A DNA stretch of 64,000 nucleotides, from the NCBI GenBank assembly GCA_965218425.1, contig OZ244621.1, positions 2,592,001-2,656,000 on the forward strand, given 5' to 3'. The DNA is from an uncultured Candidatus Binatia bacterium. Its GTDB lineage: Bacteria > Desulfobacterota > Binatia > UBA9968 > CAXXLF01. The notes under the pieces are model-generated. The model had not been told where the DNA came from. It ran no database searches and was given only the letters and a program-made list of their open reading frames with translations. The position numbers were made by a program, and so were the translations under genes. Shown here one piece after another: positions 8,336 through 17,480 of the stretch (position 1 is the first letter of the stretch; every line of letters starts with the position of its first letter).

Positions 8336-9538
8336 TCAGATAATCCCTTTGCTCTGCAAATCAACGATTTCGCTGTCGTCCATCCGGAGCCAGGTGCGAA
8401 GGATCTCCTCATTGTGCTGTCCCAGTAAAGGCGGAGCCAGCCGAACGGAAGGCGGTGTGTCCGAGAACTTGAGGGGGATGCCGGCCATTGACACTTTCCC
8501 TGCGGTCGGGTGCTCCACTTCGGTAACCATTTGCCTTTGCAGTACTTGATGAGAGCGAAACACCTGGTCGACGGTCTGAACCGGGGCGCATGGGACCTCG
8601 GCGGCGTGCAAGCGTTCCATCCACTCGGAGGATTTGCGCCCGAGAAATACTTCACTAAGGAGACGAATCAGAAGGTCCCTGTTTTGGACGCGCTGCGGGT
8701 TTTTCTCAAACCGGGCGTCGGTTGCGAGCTCCGGCCTTTCAATGGCGGGACAAAACCTCTTCCAAATCGCTTCGCTGGCCACGGCCACCACCAGGAACCC
8801 GTCCCGAGTCTTAAAACTCTGATAGGGGACGATGCTTGGATGGGCGTTGCCATGCCGTCGCATTACGCTGCCGTCCACCAGGTAGTTGCTACCCGCGTTG
8901 ACCAAGCTGGCAATACCGGCTTCCAGTAGTGACGTTTCGATCCTTTGGCCGGTCCCGGTTTGCCGGCGGGCGTAGAGGGCCGCGGTGATTGCCTGCCCCA
9001 ACATCAGGCCGGCCACGATATCAATAATGGCAACACCCACCTTTGTGGGCTCACCTTGCGGTGTCCCTGTGATGCTCATCAGGCCGCCCCACGCTTGAAT
9101 GATCAGGTCATAACAGGGCCAGTCCCTCATGGGCCCGTCGGAACCGAATCCGGAGAGGGATGCGTAGATGAGTCTGGGGTCGGCCCCGCGCAATTCCTGG
9201 TGGCCTAATCCCAATCGTTCCATGGTCCCCGGTCGAAAGTTTTCAACCAGCACGTCCGCCACCTTTGCAAGGCTGCGCAACAGCTCCACTCCCTGTACCG
9301 TTTTCAAATCAACCGTGAGGCTTTTCTTATTGCGGTTCACACTGAGAAAATAAGCGCTCTCGTCACCGGCAAATGGGGGACCCCAACCGCGGGTATCGTC
9401 GCCCACCTCCGGCCGCTCCACCTTGACCACCTCCGCACCCAGATCCCCCAGGAACATCGTACAGTAGGGCCCGGCCAAAACCCGAGTCAGATCCAGCACG
9501 CGAATGCCGTCCAACGGTCCTCTTTTTCCTTCGGTCAT
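8336..9538 (-). CDS. CaiB/BaiF family III CoA-transferase
   Basis: GIRVLDLTRVLAGP, LGDLGAEVVKVE, NRNKKS, ENFRPG. Confidence 0.95.
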   Translation of the reverse strand: MTEGKRGPLDGIRVLDLTRVLAGPYCTMFLGDLGAEVVKVERPEVGDDTRGWGPPFAGDESAYFLSVNRNKKSLTVDLKTVQGVELLRSLAKVADVLVENFRPGTMERLGLGHQELRGADPRLIYASLSGFGSDGPMRDWPCYDLIIQAWGGLMSITGTPQGEPTKVGVAIIDIVAGLMLGQAITAALYARRQTGTGQRIETSLLEAGIASLVNAGSNYLVDGSVMRRHGNAHPSIVPYQSFKTRDGFLVVAVASEAIWKRFCPAIERPELATDARFEKNPQRVQNRDLLIRLLSEVFLGRKSSEWMERLHAAEVPCAPVQTVDQVFRSHQVLQRQMVTEVEHPTAGKVSMAGIPLKFSDTPPSVRLAPPLLGQHNEEILRTWLRMDDSEIVDLQSKGII

Positions 9539-9909
9539 TTAAAATCCAGTCCTTTTTTCTTGACCACTTCCTGAAGCGTTTCCACTCCCATCCATAATCC
9601 CGGCATGCCGCCCGGAATGGCTGCCACCTCCATAGCCTCCAGTACTTCCCTTGGGCTTGCCCCCAGGGTTAAGGCCCTTTCACTGTGCACCCGAACCCCC
9701 CGGGGGCGAAGCATGGCACAGGTGATCCCAACCATAATGAGTTCCTTTGTCTTTCTTGGCAGGACACCCTCCCGTCCGAAGGTGCCATCCACGTACAGGC
9801 TCTTGAGGTGCTCAAAGTACTCAGGGTCCAGATCGGCGATGGCCTCGTAGGCGCTATTGTCGGCGCCAAGTGAAGTTTTCTTGAATGCTTCTCTAGTTTC
9901 CTCATTCAT
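9535..9909 (-). CDS. carboxymuconolactone decarboxylase/AhpD-like protein
   Basis: LPRKTKELIMV...H..RALTLGASPREVLEA; overlaps the CoA-transferase start. Confidence 0.85.
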   Translation of the reverse strand: MNEETREAFKKTSLGADNSAYEAIADLDPEYFEHLKSLYVDGTFGREGVLPRKTKELIMVGITCAMLRPRGVRVHSERALTLGASPREVLEAMEVAAIPGGMPGLWMGVETLQEVVKKKGLDFK

Positions 9910-10347
9910 GTCATGTTCCCTCCTTTGTTCGGTTCACTTCGGTCCACCACGGAAACCATTCTGTGTCTATCCCATAGGTCGGAGTGTGGTCAAGAAGAGC
10001 CTTTCCCGTTGAGGGACTGTTCTCACTATTATGACATCACCATCTAGTTTAATTTGCGGTTGACCGTGGGGGGGATATTTGGTCATATGCGCGTGAGGCT
10101 CTAGGTGGGATGAGAGGGGGTGGGGTGCTGACACGGTAAAGCAAAAGGAGGCGAGTTCTGCTTGAGCTGAGGACCGTCTTAAGCCGCCAAGCCGAAATAG
10201 CGGCATTGGCAAACTAAAAAAAGCGAGGGACCGATGTTTGACGCCGACGGCCATATATTTGAGAAGGGCACTGAAATCTTTGAATATTTTGACCCCCCGT
10301 TTAAAGGCAGGTCCAGGGTCCTGCGGGCACCGTAGAGGCAGGATGGA

Positions 10348-10530
10348 AAAGACCAGTCCCACCGGGTGGTTCAGGCGACGTTTTTCGTCGGCGAACGGGT
10401 TGAGTACTCGGTCAAGGTAGAGGACCAAGGAGTCTTCTCCGTTCACGGGCTGAGGCGTAACCCTATTGACGAGGGGGCCAAGGTCTGGTTGAAACTGCAG
10501 CCGGAGGTCACAGTGTCTGGTCTACGGATT
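10348..10530 (+). pseudogene. C-terminal (TOBE) remnant of an ABC ATPase
   Basis: VVQATFFVGERVEYSVKV...EGAKVWLKL resembles the C-termini of the ATPases at 22346 and 60168; no N-terminus. Confidence 0.55.
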
Positions 10531-10654
10531 GGTATCAAAACCTTGAAGAGAGAAAGTCTTAGCGCTGCAAGAAAAGTCATTGGATCATGCCCATAAAAAG
10601 CAGTGTGTTTTTATTTAGGGAGGCCAAAGGAGCAACGAAGAAAGGGAGGGCGAC

Positions 10655-11503
10655 ATGGCTAAACAGGAACTCACGAAGGAAGGGACAGATCGTAACACGA
10701 CAGTCAACGGGCTAAAGATTCATTACAATGATGCGGGAAAGGGGCCGGCCCTGTTTTGTTTTCATGGGGGTGGACCGGGGGCCAGCGCTTGGGGCAACTC
10801 GAGGTTTTGCCTACCGCTGTTGGCGGAGCGCTTCCGGTGTATCCTCATGGATCTTCCAGGCTATGGCGGGTCGGATAAGGATGCGAAGCTCAACGGTGAG
10901 CCACTGGACGTGTTCTGGGCCAAGGTCGTCATCGGCCTGATGGACCAGCTCGGGATTGAGAGGACTCACCTGTACACTTCGTCTCAGAGCGGGGCCATGG
11001 GATTGCGTCTGGGGATCGATTACCCGGACAGAGTCGGTAAAATCGTGATGCAGTCCAGCTCTCCGGAAAAAGGCGGACAACTCATGTTTTCCTCCTCACC
11101 GGCGGAAGGGCTTAAATCTCTGGCCGTGTTCGCCCAGAATCCGACACGGGAGAACATGGAAAAAATGATGCATCTTTTTATTCCCAAAGACGACCTTTGC
11201 ACGGAAGACATCATCGAGTCTCGTTTCCGGACTGCACTGACTCCGGGACACATCGAGGCGCGGCGGGAATTCTCCGCGGCAAAAAACAGCGACTTGAGTC
11301 AGCTCGTACGAAATCTCAAGGCGGAAGTCCTTGTGGTTTGGGGTCATCAGGATAGGATGGTGCCTGTTGAAGGAGCGTTCCGTGCGTTGGCGCTTATTCC
11401 TAATGTTCGTCTTCACATCTGGGGTGGGGGTGCCGGGCATTTCGTTGCATACGAAAAAGCTGGTGAGTTTGCGCGTTTAGTTACCGATTTTCTCAGCCAT
11501 TGA
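10655..11503 (+). CDS. alpha/beta hydrolase, BphD/MhpC (meta-cleavage product hydrolase)-like
   Basis: HGGGPGASAWGN, DLPGYGGSDK, WGHQDRMVP, GHF. Confidence 0.85.
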   Translation: MAKQELTKEGTDRNTTVNGLKIHYNDAGKGPALFCFHGGGPGASAWGNSRFCLPLLAERFRCILMDLPGYGGSDKDAKLNGEPLDVFWAKVVIGLMDQLGIERTHLYTSSQSGAMGLRLGIDYPDRVGKIVMQSSSPEKGGQLMFSSSPAEGLKSLAVFAQNPTRENMEKMMHLFIPKDDLCTEDIIESRFRTALTPGHIEARREFSAAKNSDLSQLVRNLKAEVLVVWGHQDRMVPVEGAFRALALIPNVRLHIWGGGAGHFVAYEKAGEFARLVTDFLSH

Positions 11504-11639
11504 GGGCGTGGATCGAACTCTGCCACGGTTCCCGGACGTTTCCCGGATGATTCCAAAGATGAGATGACTCCGGGGAACCGGGTCCGCACCCGATGCCCTA
11601 TGGTGCATCCCTTGTGGCTTGTGTGCGCCTGTGCTGTTC

Positions 11640-12089
11640 TGAGCAGATGAACCTTTAACCCTTAGTCCTCCATTACCGGACCCACCACGAGCATCTTTGG
11701 GTTGATTCGCTGAAAGAGTTCTCTGCTGGGGATGCCATCGTATTCCCTCCCCGGACTCTACGAGCCCGACTGGCCGTAACTCCAAAGACCAATTTCGGAA
11801 TGCCCGCCCAATGGGTTGCCCCACAACACATGATGCAGCACTCGGTGCTGGTGTAAAGTGTACTTTCTAACAGGGTGTCGCTGGAAAATCGTTGCGTAGC
11901 CAGCGCCGCCAGTCCCGTTTCAGCGTGTCTTGTCACATCCGTTGGTGGTGAGCACGGCATTTTCAAATTCAGCAACGTTCTTTCCCCGGTGAACCAGTAA
12001 AGCGCCAAATGGATGGTTACCCTTAGCACCGCGCTTCGGGCTATATCATAGGTACGGCGAATAAATTCCCGATCTATTTCAGTGGACAT
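11640..12089 (-). pseudogene. nucleoside/guanine deaminase family, multiple frameshifts
   Basis: HAE and LYTSTECCIMC in one frame; GNHPFGALLV and the C-terminal GIPSRELF...VVGP in another; TAA at 11662-11664. Confidence 0.85.
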
Positions 12090-12276
12090 TGAATCATCAG
12101 GTAATACCATAACCTCGATCCGCCCTTTTCTCTCCATGTCGGGGGTCTCCTCCAAGTCAGCCTCTAGCGCCAAGTATGGATTGTGTCAACACTGGCTGAT
12201 GGAAATTCCCGATTCCTTGACGTGCAAATTTAATCCCTATAGAGATTTCATAGCCCAATTGACCAGGAGCAAAGAG

Positions 12277-13413
12277 ATGGAAAACCGATCCTTTGAACAG
12301 GTTAGGAAAGAAATCCTTCACCGTGCCGGCAGGATCAATCCTTTCGAAGGGGTCAAGAAAGAGGACGTGGAGGAGGTGGTGGGGAAACTACGCAGTTTAG
12401 ATCCGGACCATTGGGGCGAGGAATGGGGGCGAATGGCTGAGGGGTATGAAAGCCTCGGTGATGAACAGGAAGCCCAGGGTCAAAATGAAGGCGCCGGCAA
12501 GTTCTACTACTGGGCCTATGAATTCTCCCGGATCGGGCGCTACCCTGTGCCCAGTAGCCCACAAAAGGTGAGATGCTACCACGCCGCGTTAAAGAACTAT
12601 CTCAAAGCTGCCAAATACTTTGATTCCCCTTTGGAGAGAGTAGAGATACCCTTCGAAGGTAAGGTCCTGATAGGCTATTTGCAGATTCCTCGCGGCACGA
12701 ATCGCCCGCCGTTGGTCATGCACTGGGGGGGAGTGGACGGTTGGAAAGAGGATCGCCGGGGAGCCAATCTGGCATTCCACGGGCTTGGTTTGGCTACGTT
12801 TAACATCGACATGCCTGGAACGGGTGAAAGCCCCGTCTTGGCCCATGAGGATAAAGCAGAGCGCACCTTTTCTGCCGCGTTGGATTTTCTGGAGCATAGG
12901 CCCGATATCGATGCTACCCGCATAGGCGTCATGGGAGCGAGTTTTGGCGGCTATTGGGCGACGAAGCTCGCGTATGTGGAGGCAGCGCGGCTAAAGGGTG
13001 CGGTTAACTGGGGGGCAGGGGTCCACCACACCTTCCAATCGGATTGGCTCCGTCCGGCACTGACCGAACGTGCCGCACAGTACCTTATGGGACCCAGCGG
13101 CCTGCTGGAATCCCGAGCCTATATCTTCCGGGCCAAAACTTTGGAAGAGGTTTTACAAACAGCGCCGCGCCTCTCGCTTAAAACCCAGGGTTTACTGGAT
13201 CAGCCTAACGCTCCTCTATTACTAATCAATGGCAAAAAGGACGATCAACATCCCATTGAGGACTTTTACCTGCTTATGGAGTACGGCGATCCCAAGGAGG
13301 CGCGCATCTTCCCTGAAGCCGGACATATGGGACGTGTCCCCGGTCAGTCCAATCGTGAAGCGTTGGAGATCGTCAGCCGGTGGCTTAAACAAAAACTAAC
13401 CAAAGGTATTTGA
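12277..13413 (+). CDS. FrsA / 2,6-dihydroxypseudooxynicotine-hydrolase-like alpha/beta hydrolase
   Basis: GGVDGWKED, DMPGTGES, GASFGGY nucleophile elbow, NGKKDD, GHMG; SD AGGAG before ATG 12277. Confidence 0.85.
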   Translation: MENRSFEQVRKEILHRAGRINPFEGVKKEDVEEVVGKLRSLDPDHWGEEWGRMAEGYESLGDEQEAQGQNEGAGKFYYWAYEFSRIGRYPVPSSPQKVRCYHAALKNYLKAAKYFDSPLERVEIPFEGKVLIGYLQIPRGTNRPPLVMHWGGVDGWKEDRRGANLAFHGLGLATFNIDMPGTGESPVLAHEDKAERTFSAALDFLEHRPDIDATRIGVMGASFGGYWATKLAYVEAARLKGAVNWGAGVHHTFQSDWLRPALTERAAQYLMGPSGLLESRAYIFRAKTLEEVLQTAPRLSLKTQGLLDQPNAPLLLINGKKDDQHPIEDFYLLMEYGDPKEARIFPEAGHMGRVPGQSNREALEIVSRWLKQKLTKGI

Positions 13414-13449
13414 AACCTTTAGTTGAGTTTTAGGTTACAGGATGGGGAA

Positions 13450-13592
13450 AAAGACGACTCGCGCAAAGGCGCCCTTCGACGGACTCAGGACGCTGAGCGT
13501 GGTCGAAGCACAAAGAACGTCAAGTGCCGAGAGAGTAGAAGAGAAATTTTCTTTGCGCGCTTAGCGTCTTGGCGCGAAAATTTTTGTTGAAA
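13450..13592. repeat. dispersed inverted-repeat element with a nested REP-like hairpin
   Basis: Outer IR TCGCGCAAAG / CTTGGCGCGA. Nested CTTCGAC..CTCAG-GACG-CTGAG..GTCGAAG (13474-13508). Outer parts match 62644-62672 and 62827-62862 in reverse. Confidence 0.75.
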
Positions 13593-13672
13593 TTCTTCTT
13601 CAACCATTCCATGGGCAAGAGTTTAACCTGTCTCTTGGCTCGCCGGATTCCACCGCGAATTTGTACGTGTTG

Positions 13673-14299
13673 CTAGGACAGGTCCCGCAAAACGGCACGG
13701 CAAGGAGCGCCATCCAGACCGCGGAGCCGCAATGGAAAGCAGATTAGCTCATAAAGCCCCGGCGTGATATTCGAAAGGTCCACGCCTTCGAGAAGGGCTA
13801 CGCCATGGTCTAAGAAGGCTCGGTGCACCGGTACCTGTTCATTGGGATGGGCCACAGAAAGATAGTCCAGTCCCACCAGCTTCACTCCGCGGGCCACTAA
13901 AGCCTTGGCCGCCTCCACTGAGAAAGCGACGAAGTTGGGTTCAAACTCGGACTGGTTTAAGAAACGAGAATTCCGAGTCTTGAACAATACCCGGTTGACC
14001 CCCTGAAGCTTGATTTCTGAAACGTGCTTGTCCGTGATGTGACTTTCGGCTTCCACGGCGTGGACCAGGGCAGGTCCCATGAAGAGCTCCAAGGGCAAGG
14101 AGTCGATGGTGCTTCCGTCCGGTACAAAATGGAATGGAGCGTCTAAATGGGTGCCCGAGTGGACGCTCATGTTGAGGGCCGATGAGTTGTTTTGATCTCC
14201 TCGACTCATGCGACGCCGCTCCTGAAGCTCCAATGGCGAAGAGGTCACCCAGCGCACCGTTTCAGGAGAGAGGTTGAGGGAGATGTCATAGTATTTCAT
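13673..14299 (-). CDS. cyclase family / kynurenine formamidase (KynB)-like protein
   Basis: HSGTHLDAPFHF, VGLDYLSV, DGAPCRAV; the real start is ATG 14299. Confidence 0.9.
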   Translation of the reverse strand: MKYYDISLNLSPETVRWVTSSPLELQERRRMSRGDQNNSSALNMSVHSGTHLDAPFHFVPDGSTIDSLPLELFMGPALVHAVEAESHITDKHVSEIKLQGVNRVLFKTRNSRFLNQSEFEPNFVAFSVEAAKALVARGVKLVGLDYLSVAHPNEQVPVHRAFLDHGVALLEGVDLSNITPGLYELICFPLRLRGLDGAPCRAVLRDLS

Positions 14300-14301
14300 A
14301 G

Positions 14302-15432
14302 TCAGGTCACCCGGATCGGATTGGCTTTTATCAATGCCCGCGCCAGCTCCCTCTTGAGCCAGCGAATAATCGTGGGCAACGTCTCTGGCGTGTGCCCCAT
14401 ATGGCCTCCGGGAAAGACACGTGCAGCCTTTGGGCTGCCGGATTCCAAAAGGATATAGAGATCCTCGATGGGAGTCTGCAGATCGTCCTTGCCGTTGACA
14501 ACCAACATGGGGCAAGAGAGTTTGTCCAGCCAACCTTGAGTTTTGAGGGACAGTGAAGGAAACAGCTCCACAAGCTCCTCGAGACCATTCACACCGAAGG
14601 CCATGGCCCGCGCAGTCTCGTGGTCCATCAGGTAGCTATCGGCATTGGTGGACTTGCGCAGCCACTCTTCCTGGAAGAAGTAATGAACGCCCCCTCCCCA
14701 GACAACCGCTGCGCGGAGTCGACTCGCCTCGGTAAAAGCCGTCTTTGCCGCCCAATAACCTCCGAAACTGCGTCCCAGAACGCCGATACGCCGCGAATCA
14801 ATATCCGGGCGCTTCACCAAGTAATCCATTACGGCACTAAAGATTGATTCAGCGGTGGTGGACCCTTTGATTGGGCTCTCTCCCACTCCTGGCATATCCA
14901 CAGCACACGCGCCTAAGCCCGCTTGTAGTAAAGTTTCATCGAGATCATGAGATTCGGCTTTGTAGGAATCGATGCCGCCAAAGTTGATGACCACCGGCTG
15001 CTTACCGTTGCTTTCGGGTAGGCGAAGGTAGGCGCGGATGACCTTCTCCCCGTATGGGATACTCAATTTCTCCAGTGGGGGATTGAAGTAGCGCCCGGCT
15101 TTTGCATACAGCTCAAGACTCTTCTGGAAGGACACTTGTTTGCCAGTGGTATGGGGCACCGGATAACGGCCCAGCGTATAATAGGTGTAGGCCATCAAAT
15201 AGGCGCTACATGCTTCTTGACTGCGACCGGCCGATTCCTGCTTTGCGCCTTCCTCTTCGTAGGGCCTGGCCACTCTAGTCCACTGGGCCGCCCAATGGTC
15301 AGGATCTTTGTCCTTTAGCTGGTCCAGGACGGATTCTACGTCGTGTTTCTGAGCGTTGCGAAACACACCTCGCTTGCCCGTACGCTCGCGAACCATTGTC
15401 TTGATCTCTTCCAGACTCTTGACGCGGCCCAT
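14302..15432 (-). CDS. FrsA/Ponh-like alpha/beta hydrolase (paralog of 12277)
   Basis: GGIDSYKAE, DMPGVGES, GRSFGGY, NGKDD, GHMG. Confidence 0.85.
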   Translation of the reverse strand: MGRVKSLEEIKTMVRERTGKRGVFRNAQKHDVESVLDQLKDKDPDHWAAQWTRVARPYEEEGAKQESAGRSQEACSAYLMAYTYYTLGRYPVPHTTGKQVSFQKSLELYAKAGRYFNPPLEKLSIPYGEKVIRAYLRLPESNGKQPVVINFGGIDSYKAESHDLDETLLQAGLGACAVDMPGVGESPIKGSTTAESIFSAVMDYLVKRPDIDSRRIGVLGRSFGGYWAAKTAFTEASRLRAAVVWGGGVHYFFQEEWLRKSTNADSYLMDHETARAMAFGVNGLEELVELFPSLSLKTQGWLDKLSCPMLVVNGKDDLQTPIEDLYILLESGSPKAARVFPGGHMGHTPETLPTIIRWLKRELARALIKANPIRVT

Positions 15433-15546
15433 CCAGCAACTCTCCTCGCTCAGATTTTTATCGAAGAACGTTTAAGCAGGACAACTCTACCAAAGTTTCT
15501 GGCACGAAGACGTCTCTGATTTAAAATCTGGATTCCGAAGCTTAAC

Positions 15547-15646
15547 ATCTCAAACAGGCCAAAACGCTCAAATCAAAAATCGAAATCAAAAACGAAATTG
15601 TTTGGAAATTTATGTTATTGGATCATTTAGATTTGTTTCGGGTTTT
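15547..15646. repeat. AT-rich dispersed repeat, copy 1
   Basis: Aligns by eye over about 100 nt with 62704-62804 (ATCTCAAACA...CTCAAATC...ATTGTTTGGAA...GATCATTT...TTGTTTCG). Confidence 0.8.
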
Positions 15647-15731
15647 GCTTATCTGATTTCCTAAGTGCAAATTCAAGGGATAGTTTCAAACCTATTTCGT
15701 GAGGAGTTCCCTCGTATTGCAATGCCGGGCG

Positions 15732-16202
15732 CTAGCCTTTCCAGTCGTAGTTCAGGGCTGCAAGATCGATCTCGTAGTCTCCGCCGGCCTTTGCCCCGCG
15801 CGGCGACTTGTGGGCCTCCTTGAAGCCCTTTGGACAATAGATTTCAAACAGATTCCCTGAGGGGTCGCGGAAATACATTAACGTTCTAATCCCATCACGC
15901 GTCCATATTTCCGTGGTGGGCACCCCATAGCTTTCCAGGCGCTCTTTCATAGGTATGAACTGGTCGCCCTCAATGAAAAAACCGTAGTGAGGGTATTCCG
16001 CCCGGTAACCGGTCCATCCCTTTTCCTGTGGCGAAAACCCAACAATGACTCCTCCCAATTGCACCTCACCGAATCCCTCACGGTCAAAAACAAGCTCCGC
16101 GCCTAACACCTCGGTGAAAAATTTTAGGGCTTCCTTGGCGTCACGGACCGGTAGGCTCATGTGGCTGAAGCCAGAGAATTTAGGCTGCTGTTCATTGGCC
16201 AT
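15732..16202 (-). CDS. VOC/glyoxalase family protein
   Basis: FSHMSLPVRD...FFTEVLG, HYGF, YFRDPSGNLFEI. Confidence 0.9.
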   Translation of the reverse strand: MANEQQPKFSGFSHMSLPVRDAKEALKFFTEVLGAELVFDREGFGEVQLGGVIVGFSPQEKGWTGYRAEYPHYGFFIEGDQFIPMKERLESYGVPTTEIWTRDGIRTLMYFRDPSGNLFEIYCPKGFKEAHKSPRGAKAGGDYEIDLAALNYDWKG

Positions 16203-16402
16203 GGTTGCCGCCCTCCTTTCGTTAAAGTTGGAAAAAATTCTGTTTTTCCTTCTGCCTGAAGGCCTGATTGGAGCGCTCGGTCAACCCTTATTTCATAGAC
16301 CCCTCAACCTGTCAATCGGTCAAGGACCCTTGGAGAACTTAGGCTTGGCGGCCTGCCCGTTTGGCTGAGCTCAGGTCGAAGCCTTCAGCGGGAGGGCAAC
16401 AA

Positions 16403-16490
16403 TTAGCCATCAGCTCTCAGCCCTCAGCCATGAGCAAATCAGGACCGAGTGCTGAGCTTTTCCCCACTAAGCCCTCAGCGCTCGTTACTC
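16403..16490. repeat. heptamer tandem/inverted repeat element
   Basis: TTAGCCA-TCAGCTC-TCAGCCC-TCAGCCA. CCCCACTAAGCCCTCAGCGCTCGTTACTC recurs near-identically at about 47455-47483. Confidence 0.65.
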
Positions 16491-16682
16491 CATGCTAACT
16501 TTCGTGCCAGGCCCCCTACGCCCCGTACTGGAATACGACGTAGAGGAACGCGATGTGATGTCCCTCAGCCTGCAATAGACGTTTCTTGACGACACCCCGT
16601 ATAGTGCGATAAACAAGTAATAGGGGCGGAGGAAAGGGCCCAATTTCATTAGACCCAAAAGGTAGAGAAGGAGAAACCCAAG

Positions 16683-17084
16683 ATGGCCACGCTCGCAAGG
16701 TTAAGTCACGCCGGTTTCAATGTGCCGCGCGACCTCTATCAGCAGGAATGCGACTTCTGGGAAAAAATCATCGGTCTCAAGCTCGTGCGAAAGAATGATC
16801 GGAACGCCTTCTTCACAACAGATCCCCTCAGGGACCACGAGTTCATTCTCTATGCCGTAGATGGGCCGGTGACGGGTTACGGTCAAGACGATTGTATCCT
16901 GAATCACCTGGCCTTTGACGTGGCAACGGACGCGGAAGTGGACGAGTTGACAGAGCGACTCCGCGCACACGGGTTCGAAGTGGGGGAACCGCCCCGGGAC
17001 CGCCGCCAGAACAAGGTGACGAGTCCGTCCGGCATTCATCTCGAAATTAATACGCCACCTTATACCTTCACAAAACCAAGGTAG
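16683..17084 (+). CDS. VOC family protein
   Basis: LSHAGFNV, FWEKIIGL, LNHLAFDV, PSGIHLEI. Confidence 0.85.
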   Translation: MATLARLSHAGFNVPRDLYQQECDFWEKIIGLKLVRKNDRNAFFTTDPLRDHEFILYAVDGPVTGYGQDDCILNHLAFDVATDAEVDELTERLRAHGFEVGEPPRDRRQNKVTSPSGIHLEINTPPYTFTKPR

Positions 17085-17480
17085 GGGAGAGCTCAGAAAC
17101 GGCCGGAAACCGGAGCTCTTGAGACCATTCGGCCGATCAGCCTCCTTTCCCCTTGATTATTCCGAGACCGAATGGCAATCCTCGTTGCTTTGTGGTACAA
17201 ATCTCCTGAGGCAGGAACGGTTCTTGTATTCATCAATATAATCTTGTCACGGTACACATTTGGATAAGAGGCTTCGGACGGGGCCGAGCCCCTCGCTGTG
17301 GTGCCCATCAAATTCTCCGGTTGAATCTTGATTGATGGAACGCCCCATCACCCTAGGTCGCGGGTCGTTGCCTGGGATGGCTAGATTGGTGGCCCATCCT
17401 TAAGCCGTTCGTGCCAGACTGATCTCAAAAGGGAAACCCTGTCAATCATGGCGATCAAAACTCCGTTAAAAGTATTTGAC

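Noticed and set aside
12082..12276. Long N-terminal extensions in the ORF track (also at 8655, 14533, 22398, 41023, 45787, 50179 and 58867)
   Set aside because: Internal ATGs with an SD and/or matching paralog N-termini are better starts
13450..16490. CRISPR array
   Set aside because: The repeats are dispersed, nested or heptameric, with no constant repeat-spacer period and no cas genes
15499..17418. CTGGCACGAA three times (15499+, about 16501-, about 17408-) as sigma54 promoters
   Set aside because: None has a correctly spaced TTGC -12 element
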